A stretch of DNA of 64,000 bases. Source: Candidatus Cloacimonadota bacterium. Lineage in GTDB: Bacteria > Cloacimonadota > Cloacimonadia > G963667145. Shown here one piece after another: positions 53,748 to 63,766 of the stretch. Position 1 is the first letter of the stretch. Every line of letters begins with the position of its first letter. A model generated the notes under the pieces. The model saw only the letters and a list, made by a program, of their open reading frames with translations. It did no database searches and was not told where the DNA came from. The stretch covers positions 832,001-896,000 of the forward strand of contig OY781092.1 of the NCBI GenBank assembly GCA_963676615.1, in the 5' to 3' direction. A program made the translations under genes and the position numbers.

Positions 53748-56700
53748 TTATTCAGACATTTTTTTGTAATGCGCATAGCGATTATCAACATACTCTTGAG
53801 CTTTCGCCCAGTATCTCTCGGCTTTTTCCTTGTCCATCGCCATCAAAGATGTATATCTCTTCTCGTTTTGCAAGAACTCTCTCACATCTTTCACAGGAGG
53901 TCTGCTCTCGAAGATGAAAGGATTTTTTCCCTCGGCAGCCAACTCTGGATTGAAGCGATAAAGCGGCCAGTAGCCAGTATCCACAGCCAATTTTTCCTCG
54001 TCTTGAGCTTTGCTCATATCGATTCCGTGGTTGATACAAGGCGCATAAACAAACACAATCGACGGTCCGTCATAGCTCTCCGCCTCGCGCATCGCCTTAA
54101 TCAGCTGATTGCGATCCGCGCCCATCGCGCAAGACGCCACATAAACATAGCCGTAGCTCATCATCATCAGCCCCATATCTTTTTTGGTCAACGGTTTACC
54201 AGCCTCGGCAAATTTGGCAATCGCACCAATCGGTGTCGCCTTTGACGCTTGTCCACCAGTGTTAGAATAAACCTCGGTATCCATCACCAAAATGTTGATG
54301 TTTTTACCTGTAGCAAGAGCTTGATCAACACCGCCAAAACCGATGTCGTAAGCCCAACCGTCGCCGCCAAAAGCCCAAACCGACTTGTCCACGAAATAGT
54401 TTTGCAACTCAATCACACGGCTCAAGCTCTCGTCTTTGCTCTCCGCTGGCAAAAGCTCTCTGATGCGAATAGCTCTAGCCACAGCTTTCTCGTCTTTGGC
54501 ATCAAAATTGTCCAGCGCCTCTTGCAAAAGCGACGCAAGCTCTCCACTGCAACCTTTCACAGCCTGCGCGCAAGCAGACTTGAGGTGCGAGCGATTAGCA
54601 TCCACAGCCAATCTAAAGCCCAAACCGTATTCGGCGTTATCCTCGAACAAAGAGTTCGCCCAAGCAGGACCGTGTCCGTCTTGATTTTTGCAATAAGGAA
54701 TTGATGGGAAAGTTCCGCCCCAAATCGACGAGCAACCAGTAGCGTTCGCCACCAACATTCTGCCACCAAAAAGTTGAGTAAGCAGCTTTACATAAGGGGT
54801 CTCGCCGCAACCAGCGCAAGCGCCCGAAAATTCCAAAAGCGGTTGTTTGAACTGCGAGCCTTTGATCGTCGTGGCTGGCACAACATCGCCGCAAATGTCC
54901 TCTGGTTTGCTTTGGAAATACAGCAAATTCTCGCGTTGCTCAAGCTCTTGCTCGACTGGCTTGAACTTCAAAGCGTCTTTCGGACAAGCGTTGAGGCAAA
55001 CTCCGCAACCAAGACAGTCGTCCACATAAACCTGCATTCTGTATTCGTATTTCTCGCCGTCTTTACCCATTGCTGGAATCGTCTTAAAACCAGCAGGTTT
55101 GTCGGCTAGATCGTCTTTGGCAATCAACTTTGGACGGATGGCTGCGTGCGGACACACAAGCGAACAGGCGTTACATTGGATACAATCCTCGGCAATCCAG
55201 CTCGGCACAGCAGCTGCCACGCCGCGTTTCTCCAAAGCCGCCGTGCCTGTGCACATACTGCCATCAAGCGGCATTTTTGACACAGGAATATCGTCGCCTT
55301 TTTCGTGCATAATCGGCTGAATAACGCTTTTGGTAAAGTCGTCTGCGTCGGCAGGCACGAGTTTTTTCGGCTCTACCCAGCTTTCGGCTTTGCTCGGCAC
55401 ACTCACTTGCACCAGCGCCTTGCTCGCCTCATCAACAGCCTTCCAGTTCATATCCACAACCGACTGACCCTTTTTCTTGAGGTAAGTTTTTTTGATCGAC
55501 TCCTTAATCAAAGCGATAGCCTCGTCTTTTGGCAAAATCTCCGAAATCGCAAAAAACGCAGCCTGCATCACGGTGTTGATCCGACCGCCCAAACCGCAAG
55601 CTCTGGCGATTTTAAGCGCGTCGATGTTATAAAAACGGATATTTTTGGAAATAATCGTCTCTTGCATATCTTTGGTCAATTTTGAAAAAACTTCGTCGCC
55701 AGAATAGTGCGAGTTCAGAAGGAAAATTCCGCCATCTTTGATGCCTTCCAAAAGGTCGTAACGCCCGATGTAAGCAGGATTGTGGCAAGCGATGAAGTCT
55801 GCGTTGACAATCAAATATTCCGAGAAAATCGGCTTTTTGCCAAATCGCAAGTGGCTTCTGGTCACGCCGCCAGATTTTTTCGAGTCGTATTGGAAATAAC
55901 CTTGCGCATACATATCGGTATTGTCGCCAATGATTTTGATCGAGTTTTTGTTTGCGCCCACAGTTCCGTCGGCACCAAGTCCCCAAAATTTACAGCTGAC
56001 TGTCCCTTCTGGCAAAGTGTTGATGTGATGTTTAACTTCGATAGAAGTGCCGCTAAGGTCATCGTTAATTCCCACTGTAAAGCCGTGTTTCAAGCCGTTT
56101 CCAGCCAAATCGAAAATCGCTTTTACCATCGAAGGCGTAAACTCTTTCGAAGACAGCCCGTAGCGACCGCCAACGATTTTCACATCTTCGCCAGCGAGTG
56201 CGGCAACCACATCCATAAAAAGCGGCTCGCCAATCGAACCTGGCTCTTTCGTCCTGTCCAACACAACAATCTCTTTGGCAGATTTTGGCAAAGCCTCTTT
56301 CAGGTGCTTAACCGAGAACGGACGATAAAGACGCACAATCACCAAACCGACTTTTTCGCCTTGGCTGTTCAAAAAGTTAACCGTCTCCTCGACTGTAGAA
56401 GCGCCAGAGCCCATACATACCACGATTTTGGTCGCATCCGCAGCGCCCACATAGTCGAACAATTTATAGCTTCTGCCGGTGACTTTCGCCACTTTTTCCA
56501 TATATTCCAAAACGATTTCTGGCAAAGCCTCGTAATGCTTGTTCGAGCTCTCTCTGCCTTGGAAATAGACATCGGGATTTTGTGCCGCAACTTTCACCAT
56601 CGGTTTTTGCGGGTTAAGCGCAAGATCACGGAAAGCTTTGACATATTTCATCTCCAAAAGTCCCTTTAGCTCGTCGTAGTCCAAAACATCGATTTTGGAA

Positions 56701-57236
56701 ATTTCGTGCGAGTTGCGGAAGCCATCGAAGAAGTTCAAAAATGGAATGCGTGATTTGAGTGTCGCCAAATGCGAAACTGCCGCCAAATCCATAATCTCTT
56801 GCCCGTTTGAAGCCGCCATCAAAGCAAAACCCGTGTTGCGTGCGCACATTACATCCGAATGGTCGCCAAAAATCGACAAAGATTGACAGGCAAGGGAACG
56901 AGCCGAAACATGGAAAACTGTTGGAAGCATCTCGCCTGCAATTTTGTGCATATTCGGCAACATCAACAAAAGCCCTTGCGAGGCTGTGAAAGTGGTGGTT
57001 AGAGCTCCAGCCGACAAAGCGCCATGCACGGCTCCAGCGGCTCCAGCCTCCGATTGCATTTCGGTAACATCCAGCACTTGACCGAACACATTTTTGCGAC
57101 CTTGGGAAGCCCAAAGATCGGCATATTGCCCCATATCTGACGAGGGAGTAATAGGATATATAGACGCTACATCCGAAAAGGCGTAAGCCACATGGGCTGC
57201 CGCCATATTCCCATCCATCGTTAATTTTTTAGACAT
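53748..57236 (-). CDS. nifJ: Pyruvate:ferredoxin (flavodoxin) oxidoreductase, homodimeric type
   Basis: YPITPS, EMQSEAGAAG, two CxxCxxC..CP ferredoxin motifs, GACAGCGETPY and GDGWAYDIG; ATG at 57236 follows GGAGG. Confidence 0.96.
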   Translation of the reverse strand: MSKKLTMDGNMAAAHVAYAFSDVASIYPITPSSDMGQYADLWASQGRKNVFGQVLDVTEMQSEAGAAGAVHGALSAGALTTTFTASQGLLLMLPNMHKIAGEMLPTVFHVSARSLACQSLSIFGDHSDVMCARNTGFALMAASNGQEIMDLAAVSHLATLKSRIPFLNFFDGFRNSHEISKIDVLDYDELKGLLEMKYVKAFRDLALNPQKPMVKVAAQNPDVYFQGRESSNKHYEALPEIVLEYMEKVAKVTGRSYKLFDYVGAADATKIVVCMGSGASTVEETVNFLNSQGEKVGLVIVRLYRPFSVKHLKEALPKSAKEIVVLDRTKEPGSIGEPLFMDVVAALAGEDVKIVGGRYGLSSKEFTPSMVKAIFDLAGNGLKHGFTVGINDDLSGTSIEVKHHINTLPEGTVSCKFWGLGADGTVGANKNSIKIIGDNTDMYAQGYFQYDSKKSGGVTRSHLRFGKKPIFSEYLIVNADFIACHNPAYIGRYDLLEGIKDGGIFLLNSHYSGDEVFSKLTKDMQETIISKNIRFYNIDALKIARACGLGGRINTVMQAAFFAISEILPKDEAIALIKESIKKTYLKKKGQSVVDMNWKAVDEASKALVQVSVPSKAESWVEPKKLVPADADDFTKSVIQPIMHEKGDDIPVSKMPLDGSMCTGTAALEKRGVAAAVPSWIAEDCIQCNACSLVCPHAAIRPKLIAKDDLADKPAGFKTIPAMGKDGEKYEYRMQVYVDDCLGCGVCLNACPKDALKFKPVEQELEQRENLLYFQSKPEDICGDVVPATTIKGSQFKQPLLEFSGACAGCGETPYVKLLTQLFGGRMLVANATGCSSIWGGTFPSIPYCKNQDGHGPAWANSLFEDNAEYGLGFRLAVDANRSHLKSACAQAVKGCSGELASLLQEALDNFDAKDEKAVARAIRIRELLPAESKDESLSRVIELQNYFVDKSVWAFGGDGWAYDIGFGGVDQALATGKNINILVMDTEVYSNTGGQASKATPIGAIAKFAEAGKPLTKKDMGLMMMSYGYVYVASCAMGADRNQLIKAMREAESYDGPSIVFVYAPCINHGIDMSKAQDEEKLAVDTGYWPLYRFNPELAAEGKNPFIFESRPPVKDVREFLQNEKRYTSLMAMDKEKAERYWAKAQEYVDNRYAHYKKMSE

Positions 57237-57329
57237 TTTTCCTCCTGTCCATAAGGTTCTTTTCTCATCTGTCAATCTTTGAAAAGTTGGTTTAGGTGTC
57301 AACCGAAAAATCGAGAGGGCTAGGGCGCA

Positions 57330-57406
57330 CCTTGCTCGCTTACCCTTATTCTCGTCTGACACCAAAATATGGGCTTCTCATTTGTTGCTTTTATTTTGGT
57401 GTCAGG
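57330..57406. repeat. Isolated IR22 element with module remnants directly after the livF stop
   Basis: GTCTGACACCAAAATA-N22-TATTTTGGTGTCAGG abuts the TAG at 57407-57409. Confidence 0.85.
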
Positions 57407-58123
57407 CTAAATTGCGTCTTTCCCCAAATAAGCTTTTTTCACATCTTCGTTATTTGCCAACTCTTTACCAGCTCCTTCCATCGTCACTCTCCCTGTCTCC
57501 AAAACAAAAGCGTAATCTGAAATATTCAAGGCAGCTTTAGCGTTTTGCTCAATCAACAACACCGTTACTCCATCAGAGTTAATCCGCTTAATAACTTCCA
57601 AAATATCTTTTACAACTAGCGGTGCAAGCCCAAGACTCGGCTCATCCATCATCACCAAGCGAGGCTTCGCCATCAAGGCTCTGCCCACAGCAAGCATTTG
57701 CTGCTCTCCACCAGACAAAGTCCCAGCTTCCTGCCATTGCCTTTCCGACAGACGAGGAAAAACTTCAAAAACATGCTTCAAAAGCCCCTTTATCTCTTGT
57801 TTATCCTTGATGTTATACGCGCCCATTATCAAATTTTCTTTGACCGACAAATTCGCAAACACTCGTCGTCCCTCTGGCACAAGAACAATCCCAGACTTCA
57901 CAATCTTCTCTACGCCTTTACCTAAAATCTCTTGCCCTTCATAAATAACGCTGCCGCCTGTAGCTTTTTCCAAACCCACAATTGTGCGCAAAGTCGTCGA
58001 TTTGCCAGCGCCGTTTGCACCGATCAAAGAGATAATCTTGCCCTTTGGCACCTCAAAACTAATCTTGTCTATCGCCGTAATTCCGCCAAAATTCACATGC
58101 AAATCTTTAATTTTCAACATCAA
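57407..58123 (-). CDS. livF: Branched-chain amino acid ABC transporter ATPase
   Basis: GANGAGKST, VPEGRRVF, LSGGEQQML and DEPSLGLAP motifs. Confidence 0.95.
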   Translation of the reverse strand: MMLKIKDLHVNFGGITAIDKISFEVPKGKIISLIGANGAGKSTTLRTIVGLEKATGGSVIYEGQEILGKGVEKIVKSGIVLVPEGRRVFANLSVKENLIMGAYNIKDKQEIKGLLKHVFEVFPRLSERQWQEAGTLSGGEQQMLAVGRALMAKPRLVMMDEPSLGLAPLVVKDILEVIKRINSDGVTVLLIEQNAKAALNISDYAFVLETGRVTMEGAGKELANNEDVKKAYLGKDAI

Positions 58124-58881
58124 TCTACCCCCAAATAAGCTTCTATCACCTTAGGATTTTGCTGAATTTCTTTGGGCAATCCACTGGCGATAGTCTTGCC
58201 ATAATCCAGCACATACACTCTATCACAAACGCCCATAACCAGTTGCATATGGTGCTCTATCAAAAAAATCGTTATCCCAAATTTGTCGCGAATCTGATAA
58301 ATAAAATTCATCAAATCTTCCGACTCTTGAGGGTTCATCCCTGCGGCTGGCTCGTCCAAAAGTAGCACTTTCGGCTCTGTTGCCAAAGCCCTTGCAATCT
58401 CAAGCCGCCTTTGCTTTCCATAGGGCAAACTGCTCGCCTTATAATCCGCAAAATCTTCCAGTCCAACCTCTTTCAACATCGCCATAGCTTTTTCGACCAT
58501 CTTCCTCTCTTGCTCTTTATAATTTTTAGTCCGCAAAATAGAAAAAAGAATATTAGATTTTAGGTGCATCTGCTGGGCGATAAAAACATTTTCCAAAACG
58601 CTCATATCCGCAAAAAGGCGAATATTTTGGAAAGTTCTGACTATGCCCATTTTGGCAATCTTTTCGATTTTTTCGCCGCTGATTCGCTCGCCGTCCAAAA
58701 AAACTTCACCCTCACTGGGATTATAAACGCCCGTTATCATATTGAAAATAGTGGTTTTACCTGCTCCATTTGGACCTATCAAGCCCACAATTTCACCCTT
58801 CTCCAGCTCCATATTGTAGGAGCTTACCGCCGTAAGTCCACCAAATCTTATCGTTAAATCTTTACAACTCAATACACTCAT
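58120..58881 (-). CDS. livG: Branched-chain amino acid ABC transporter ATPase
   Basis: GPNGAGKTT, RTFQNIRLF, LPYGKQRRLEIARAL and DEPAAG motifs. Confidence 0.95.
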   Translation of the reverse strand: MSVLSCKDLTIRFGGLTAVSSYNMELEKGEIVGLIGPNGAGKTTIFNMITGVYNPSEGEVFLDGERISGEKIEKIAKMGIVRTFQNIRLFADMSVLENVFIAQQMHLKSNILFSILRTKNYKEQERKMVEKAMAMLKEVGLEDFADYKASSLPYGKQRRLEIARALATEPKVLLLDEPAAGMNPQESEDLMNFIYQIRDKFGITIFLIEHHMQLVMGVCDRVYVLDYGKTIASGLPKEIQQNPKVIEAYLGVD

Positions 58882-59923
58882 TGGCTCTTCCTTCTGAACT
58901 TATCTTTAAGCGACCAGATCATCTCCCAAGAAAGTTCGTTTCTTCCCATAATGCCTCTACGATAAAACAAAATAATAAAAAGCAAAATAGCCGAAAAGAC
59001 GACCATTCTCGTGCCTGGCACACCTGGAATTGTGAAAAACCCCAAATTTACAGGAGCGTCCAAAAATCTAAGACCTTCCAGAGCGATTACAAAAATAATG
59101 CTACCGATCACGCTGCCAGAGATGCTACCCAATCCTCCGAGGACGACCACCAAAACGATGTTAAATGTGAGAATAAAGCGGAACATTAGCGGATCGATTG
59201 TCCCGATCAGGTGTGCCAGCAGCCCGCCTCCAATTCCTGTGAAAAAAGCAGAAATAACAAAAGCGAGCAATTTGTAATTCATTGCGCTGATGCCGACAGC
59301 TTTTGCCGCTATCTCGTTCTCCCTTATCGCTTTAAAAGACTTGCCATAGCTTCCTTTTATTAGCAGCCCAATGACAATCACCGTTATCACTGCCCAGCCC
59401 CAGCTCCAATAAACATTGGTGTAAGACGGTAAACCCTTTAGCCCCAGCGGTCCATTAGTGATAGACTGCAAATTTGTGAAAACGACTCGCACTATCTCGC
59501 CAAACCCGAGTGTGGCTATCGCCAGATAATCGTCGGTCAACTTTAGTACGGGAAAACCGATCAACAAAGCAGTAAAAGCAGCAAGCAAACCCCCTATCAA
59601 AAGAGCCACCACAAAAGGCAACTGCACGCTCGCCAAAATCGGCGTGATTGGCGTCAAAAAGAAGTTCATCTCTTTCATCTGCGGAGACATCGTAAGCAAG
59701 GCGCTAGCGTAAGCGCCAATAGCCATAAAGCCAGCTGAGCCTAGCGATAACATCCCAATATATCCATTGATCAAATTCAAGCTAACAGCCAAAACGATAT
59801 AAATTGCACAAAGGTTAATAATTCTCATCTGATAAGAGCCGAAAATAGTTTGCCCAAAAATCAAAACAGAACTCCAACTATCACGCAAGCAATATTCAAT
59901 CTAAGTTTTATTTTCTTGTTCAT
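58878..59923 (-). CDS. livM: Branched-chain amino acid ABC permease, with an apparent 1-bp frameshift near the 5' end
   Basis: YLAIATLGFGE, AIRENEIAA and LGGLGS motifs. ATG at 59923 reads MNKKIKLRLNIACVIVGVLF* and joins the main frame if the A4 run at 59863-59866 is A5. Confidence 0.88.
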
Positions 59924-59927
59924 CTTT

Positions 59928-60815
59928 CTACACCTTCTCGATAGAGTTGGAACCAAAAATCCCAGTCGGTTTTACGAGCAAAATCGTTATCAAAAGGACA
60001 AACGCGAAGGCGTCTCTAAATCCTGACAAAGAAGGCGACAAAGCAACTATGGCGATCTCACCACAGCCGATTATCAAGCCGCCAACCACCGCTCCTTTTA
60101 TCTTGCCAATTCCGCCAACAACAGCAGCAATAAAACATTTCAACCCGGGAATCAACCCCATCACTGGCATAAGCTGAGGATAGCGCATACTCCACATAAT
60201 GCCGCCAACAGCCGCAAGACCAGAGCCGATCGCAAAGGTAATCGAGATAACCTTGTCAACGCTAACCCCCATCAAGCTGGTCGCCTCTATATCCAAACTA
60301 GATGCTCGCATCGCCATACCGACTTTTGTTTTGTAGATAATATGCATCAACACCAACAAAGCCACAATCGTAACTATCGGAATATACGCCGAAACCGCCA
60401 CAAACTGCACCGAGCCGAGCTTGACAATCTTTCCAAACATTGCCGGGACAACGAAAGCTTTTGGTCTGCCGCCAAACACTACAACACCAAGATTTTGAAT
60501 AAAAAACGACACTCCAATAGCGGAAATCATCACCGAAACCCTCGGATAACCCCGCAAAGGCTTGTAGGCTATTTTTTCAACCAAAATACCCGTGAGAGTG
60601 GTAAGCGCGATAGCCAGCAAAAAACTAAGCCACCAAGGAAGATAAAAAACACCCAAAAGATAATAAGCAAAATAAGCGCTAATCATAAAAATCTCGCCAT
60701 GAGCAAAGTTAATCAATCTGATAATGCCATAAACCATCGTGTAGCCAATCGCAATAAGCGCATACAAACTCCCCAAAGATATAGCGTTAATCAAATTCTG
60801 AAAAAAAACATCCAA
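59928..60815 (-). CDS. livH: Branched-chain amino acid ABC permease
   Basis: YALIAIGYTMVYG..RLINFAHG and AAVVGGIG motifs. Confidence 0.95.
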   Translation of the reverse strand: MDVFFQNLINAISLGSLYALIAIGYTMVYGIIRLINFAHGEIFMISAYFAYYLLGVFYLPWWLSFLLAIALTTLTGILVEKIAYKPLRGYPRVSVMISAIGVSFFIQNLGVVVFGGRPKAFVVPAMFGKIVKLGSVQFVAVSAYIPIVTIVALLVLMHIIYKTKVGMAMRASSLDIEATSLMGVSVDKVISITFAIGSGLAAVGGIMWSMRYPQLMPVMGLIPGLKCFIAAVVGGIGKIKGAVVGGLIIGCGEIAIVALSPSLSGFRDAFAFVLLITILLVKPTGIFGSNSIEKV

Positions 60816-60874
60816 TTTTCTCTCCTCCTAAAAATCTACAGCAACCAAATTCGTAAATTAAAAATCAAGTTGCC

Positions 60875-60931
60875 AAAAAAAACTCTTCAACCTAAGACAA
60901 GACAATCAAAAAGTTGCTCAGGTTGAAGAGT
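60875..60931 (-). terminator. Stem-loop between livK and livH (terminator or mRNA stabiliser)
   Basis: 12-bp arms ACTCTTCAACCT/AGGTTGAAGAGT with a large loop, followed by a T-tract on the minus strand. Confidence 0.55.
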
Positions 60932-60953
60932 CGCAATCTCATTCTCCAGCAAA

Positions 60954-62102
60954 CTACTTCGCCTCTACTGTTGTAAGATAAGTGAACTTACCATTTTTTA
61001 TTTTTTTAATAATCGCAGGCTTAATCGCATCTCCGTTTTCGTCCAAAGTAACCACACCAGCGGCTCCTTCGAAATTTTTCGTGTTAGCCAAAGCCTCTCT
61101 AATCTTGGCTGGATCAGCACTGCCTATCGCTTTGATGGTGTTGTAAATCAAAAGGTAAGCGTCAAAACCAAGAGCAGTAACCGCAGCAGGCTCTTTTTCA
61201 AATTTTTGTCGATACTCTTTCAAAAAAACTTCTGAAGTTTTGGTAATAGGAGTCTCAGAAGTGAAAAAAGTGGATAACACCGCGCCTTCTGCGCCGTCTC
61301 CTGCAATCTCCACAACCTCAGGAGTCTCCCAAGTGTCTCCGCCAATCATCGGAATATCCAGCCCGATTTCTTTGAGCTGTTTCATTATCAAAGCAGATTC
61401 GGTATAGTTCCCTGGAGCAAAAATAGCGTCGATTTTTTTGCCTTTCAGCGATGTCAATTGTGAGGTAAAATCTTGATCCCCAGTATTATAGTCCAACACA
61501 GTAACGATAGCATCTTTGTCGCCAGTGAGCCTTTTAAAGTCATCAGCAAAATATTTCGCAAGAGCCACAGAATAGTCGTTGGAAATCTCCCGCACGATAG
61601 CCACCTTTTTCGCATTCAAATTTGAATAAGCGTAATTTGCCATTACAGATCCTTGAAATGGGTCGATAAAGCAAACTCTGAAGTAATAATCGTTACCCCT
61701 TGTCACCAAAGGATTAGTGCAGGAAATGCCGATAGCAGGCACTTTCGCCTTTGCAACAATAGGTCCTGCTGCCATAGAAAAAGACGACCCCCAGCTACCC
61801 AAAATCGCCGAAACTTTCTCTTTATCTGTCAAACGCACAGCCGCATTTGCCGCTTCAACCTTGTCCGATTTGTTATCAACCACGACCAGTTCAATCTTTT
61901 TGCCCAAAACTTCTGGAAACATCTCGTGAGCAAGCTCAATACCTTCAAGCTCCAACTCTCCACCAGCAGCGTTCGCTCCAGTCAGCGGCTCAAGCACCCC
62001 AATTTTTATCACATTCGAGTCAACCTTGTCGTCCTTACAACCCCAAATAGAAAAAAGAAAAATAGCAATTACCGCTATTCTTCCTATCCGTATTCTCTTC
62101 AT
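60954..62102 (-). CDS. livK: Branched-chain amino acid ABC substrate-binding lipoprotein
   Basis: Lipobox-like IWGC; IKIGVLEPLTG, YFRVCFIDPFQG and DF..QLT motifs; ATG at 62102 follows AGGAGG. Confidence 0.9.
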   Translation of the reverse strand: MKRIRIGRIAVIAIFLFSIWGCKDDKVDSNVIKIGVLEPLTGANAAGGELELEGIELAHEMFPEVLGKKIELVVVDNKSDKVEAANAAVRLTDKEKVSAILGSWGSSFSMAAGPIVAKAKVPAIGISCTNPLVTRGNDYYFRVCFIDPFQGSVMANYAYSNLNAKKVAIVREISNDYSVALAKYFADDFKRLTGDKDAIVTVLDYNTGDQDFTSQLTSLKGKKIDAIFAPGNYTESALIMKQLKEIGLDIPMIGGDTWETPEVVEIAGDGAEGAVLSTFFTSETPITKTSEVFLKEYRQKFEKEPAAVTALGFDAYLLIYNTIKAIGSADPAKIREALANTKNFEGAAGVVTLDENGDAIKPAIIKKIKNGKFTYLTTVEAK

Positions 62103-62323
62103 CTTCGCCCTCCTTTTTAAAATAATCAATTATAAAACATATTTTTACAAAAAAAAATTATAGTCAAGTTATTTTTTTCGGCTTAATCGTTTTAGCTAGA
62201 ACCAAGCAAATAATGAGGCTCCTGTTTGACACCAAAATAGGGGCTTTTTGTTTTTGCACGAAAAATGGCGACTGGATTCCTGCCTGCGCAGGAATGAGGG
62301 GGCTGTAGCGTTGTGGTGTTTTC

Positions 62324-63639
62324 GGCACTGTCCAAAAAAGTGTGTCTGCAGCAAAAAAAACTAGACACAAAAAAAGAATCTCCAATTTTTATAAAAAAAA
62401 GAACAAAAAAGGAGATTCTTATGCGATTTAACGCAAGTCAACTACAAAAAATTTTAGACGAAAATGTCAATGATTATGGCGCGAATAAATTGATCGAGTT
62501 CGTTTTTAACAGCCTTATGAAGCTGGAAAGACAGGCTTTTATGGCGGAAAACAAAAGCTCAAACAACAAAGGCAACGGCTATCGCAGCAGGTGTTTTTCA
62601 TCTCTCAGCGGCAAAATTCAATTCAAAATTCCGCGCGACAGATTCGGTCAATTTTATCCATTTATCTTGGAAATTTTGAAAAAGCAGGAGCAAGAAATAC
62701 GAGAATTGGCGTTTCAGCTGTATGCTAAAGGCTTGTCTACCAGAGACATAGAGAATGTTTTCGCAAATGTTTTTGGCACGAATTACAAAAAATCGACCAT
62801 CAGCAATATCAGCCAAGAATTCAAAGAATTGTTGACAAATTGGCGAAATAGGCCGCTAGAAAAAAACTATCCGATTATTATGATCGACGCCATACACTCC
62901 AAATTGAGGCGGCTCGACAGCGTTGAAACGGAGGCTTTTTGCGTGGTTGTCGGCGTCCGAGAGGACAAAAGCAGAGACATTTTGGCGCTCGAAAATATCC
63001 CGACCGAGAGCGCTGCTGGCTGGGAATTCTTGTTTAATCGCCTAAAGTCGCGAGGCTTGCAAACGACAAAATTGGTCGTGGCTGACGGTCTTGCTGGGCT
63101 GGAAAATGTTGTGAGCAAAGTTTTTGAAAATGCGAAATTTCAAAAGTGCGTAACTCACTTTAAAAGGAGTCTGTTAGCTAAGGTCAGGAATAGTGATAAA
63201 AGCGAAATTAGCGACGATTTGAAGGAAATTTTTTGCGTCGAACAAGAACGCTATACGAAAGAAATTGCTTTAAAAAATCTGGATAATTTTGCAAAAAAAT
63301 GGGGCGATAAGTATCGATTTATCAGGAACTTATCAAATAGAGAAGATGTCGTTTATTATTTCACTTTTTTGGAGTTTGACCACAGAATTCAGCGGCTGAT
63401 TTACACCACAAATTGGATCGAAAATTTGAATAAACAGTTTCGGAAAGTTTTGAAAATCAGGAACTCGATGCCCAGCGATGAGTCTGTGCTACTGCTGCTG
63501 AGCAAGGTCGCGATGGACAAGGTCGATAAATATCTGAATTATCCGATTTATCAATTTAAATTTGACAAAATTTTGTTCCCAGAAAGTTAAGAAAATGGAA
63601 ACCAAATTGGAGATTAGACACACTTTTTTGGACGGTGCC
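62324..63639 (+). mobile_element. IS256-family insertion sequence, copy 3 (1316 bp)
   Basis: Same terminal inverted repeats; 8-bp target duplication GTGTTTTC at 62316-62323 and 63640-63647. Confidence 0.97.
62421..63590 (+). CDS. IS256-family transposase
   Basis: Near-identical to copies 1 and 2, with more substitutions in the C-terminal half. Confidence 0.95.
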   Translation: MRFNASQLQKILDENVNDYGANKLIEFVFNSLMKLERQAFMAENKSSNNKGNGYRSRCFSSLSGKIQFKIPRDRFGQFYPFILEILKKQEQEIRELAFQLYAKGLSTRDIENVFANVFGTNYKKSTISNISQEFKELLTNWRNRPLEKNYPIIMIDAIHSKLRRLDSVETEAFCVVVGVREDKSRDILALENIPTESAAGWEFLFNRLKSRGLQTTKLVVADGLAGLENVVSKVFENAKFQKCVTHFKRSLLAKVRNSDKSEISDDLKEIFCVEQERYTKEIALKNLDNFAKKWGDKYRFIRNLSNREDVVYYFTFLEFDHRIQRLIYTTNWIENLNKQFRKVLKIRNSMPSDESVLLLLSKVAMDKVDKYLNYPIYQFKFDKILFPES

Positions 63640-63766
63640 GTGTTTTCCCAAGACGCCAAGGCGTGCTTTGGGCTTCCTGCTTTCTTCCCTCATTCTCGCG
63701 GAAGCGAGAATCCATCTCCAACACTATTCTGAGAAATGGGACGGTTGGCGGCGGAATTATCAATTT

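Noticed and set aside
57237..57365. N-terminal extension of PFOR in the ORF track (likewise extensions of grpE, livK, the transposases and GIY-YIG)
   Set aside because: The extensions run through repeat, operator or IS-end DNA; downstream ATGs have clear ribosome-binding sites.
36..62120. Long plus-strand ORFs (e.g. 5659-7218, 37873-39252, 40739-42442, 36-500)
   Set aside because: They are antisense shadows of well-supported minus-strand genes and carry no recognisable motifs.
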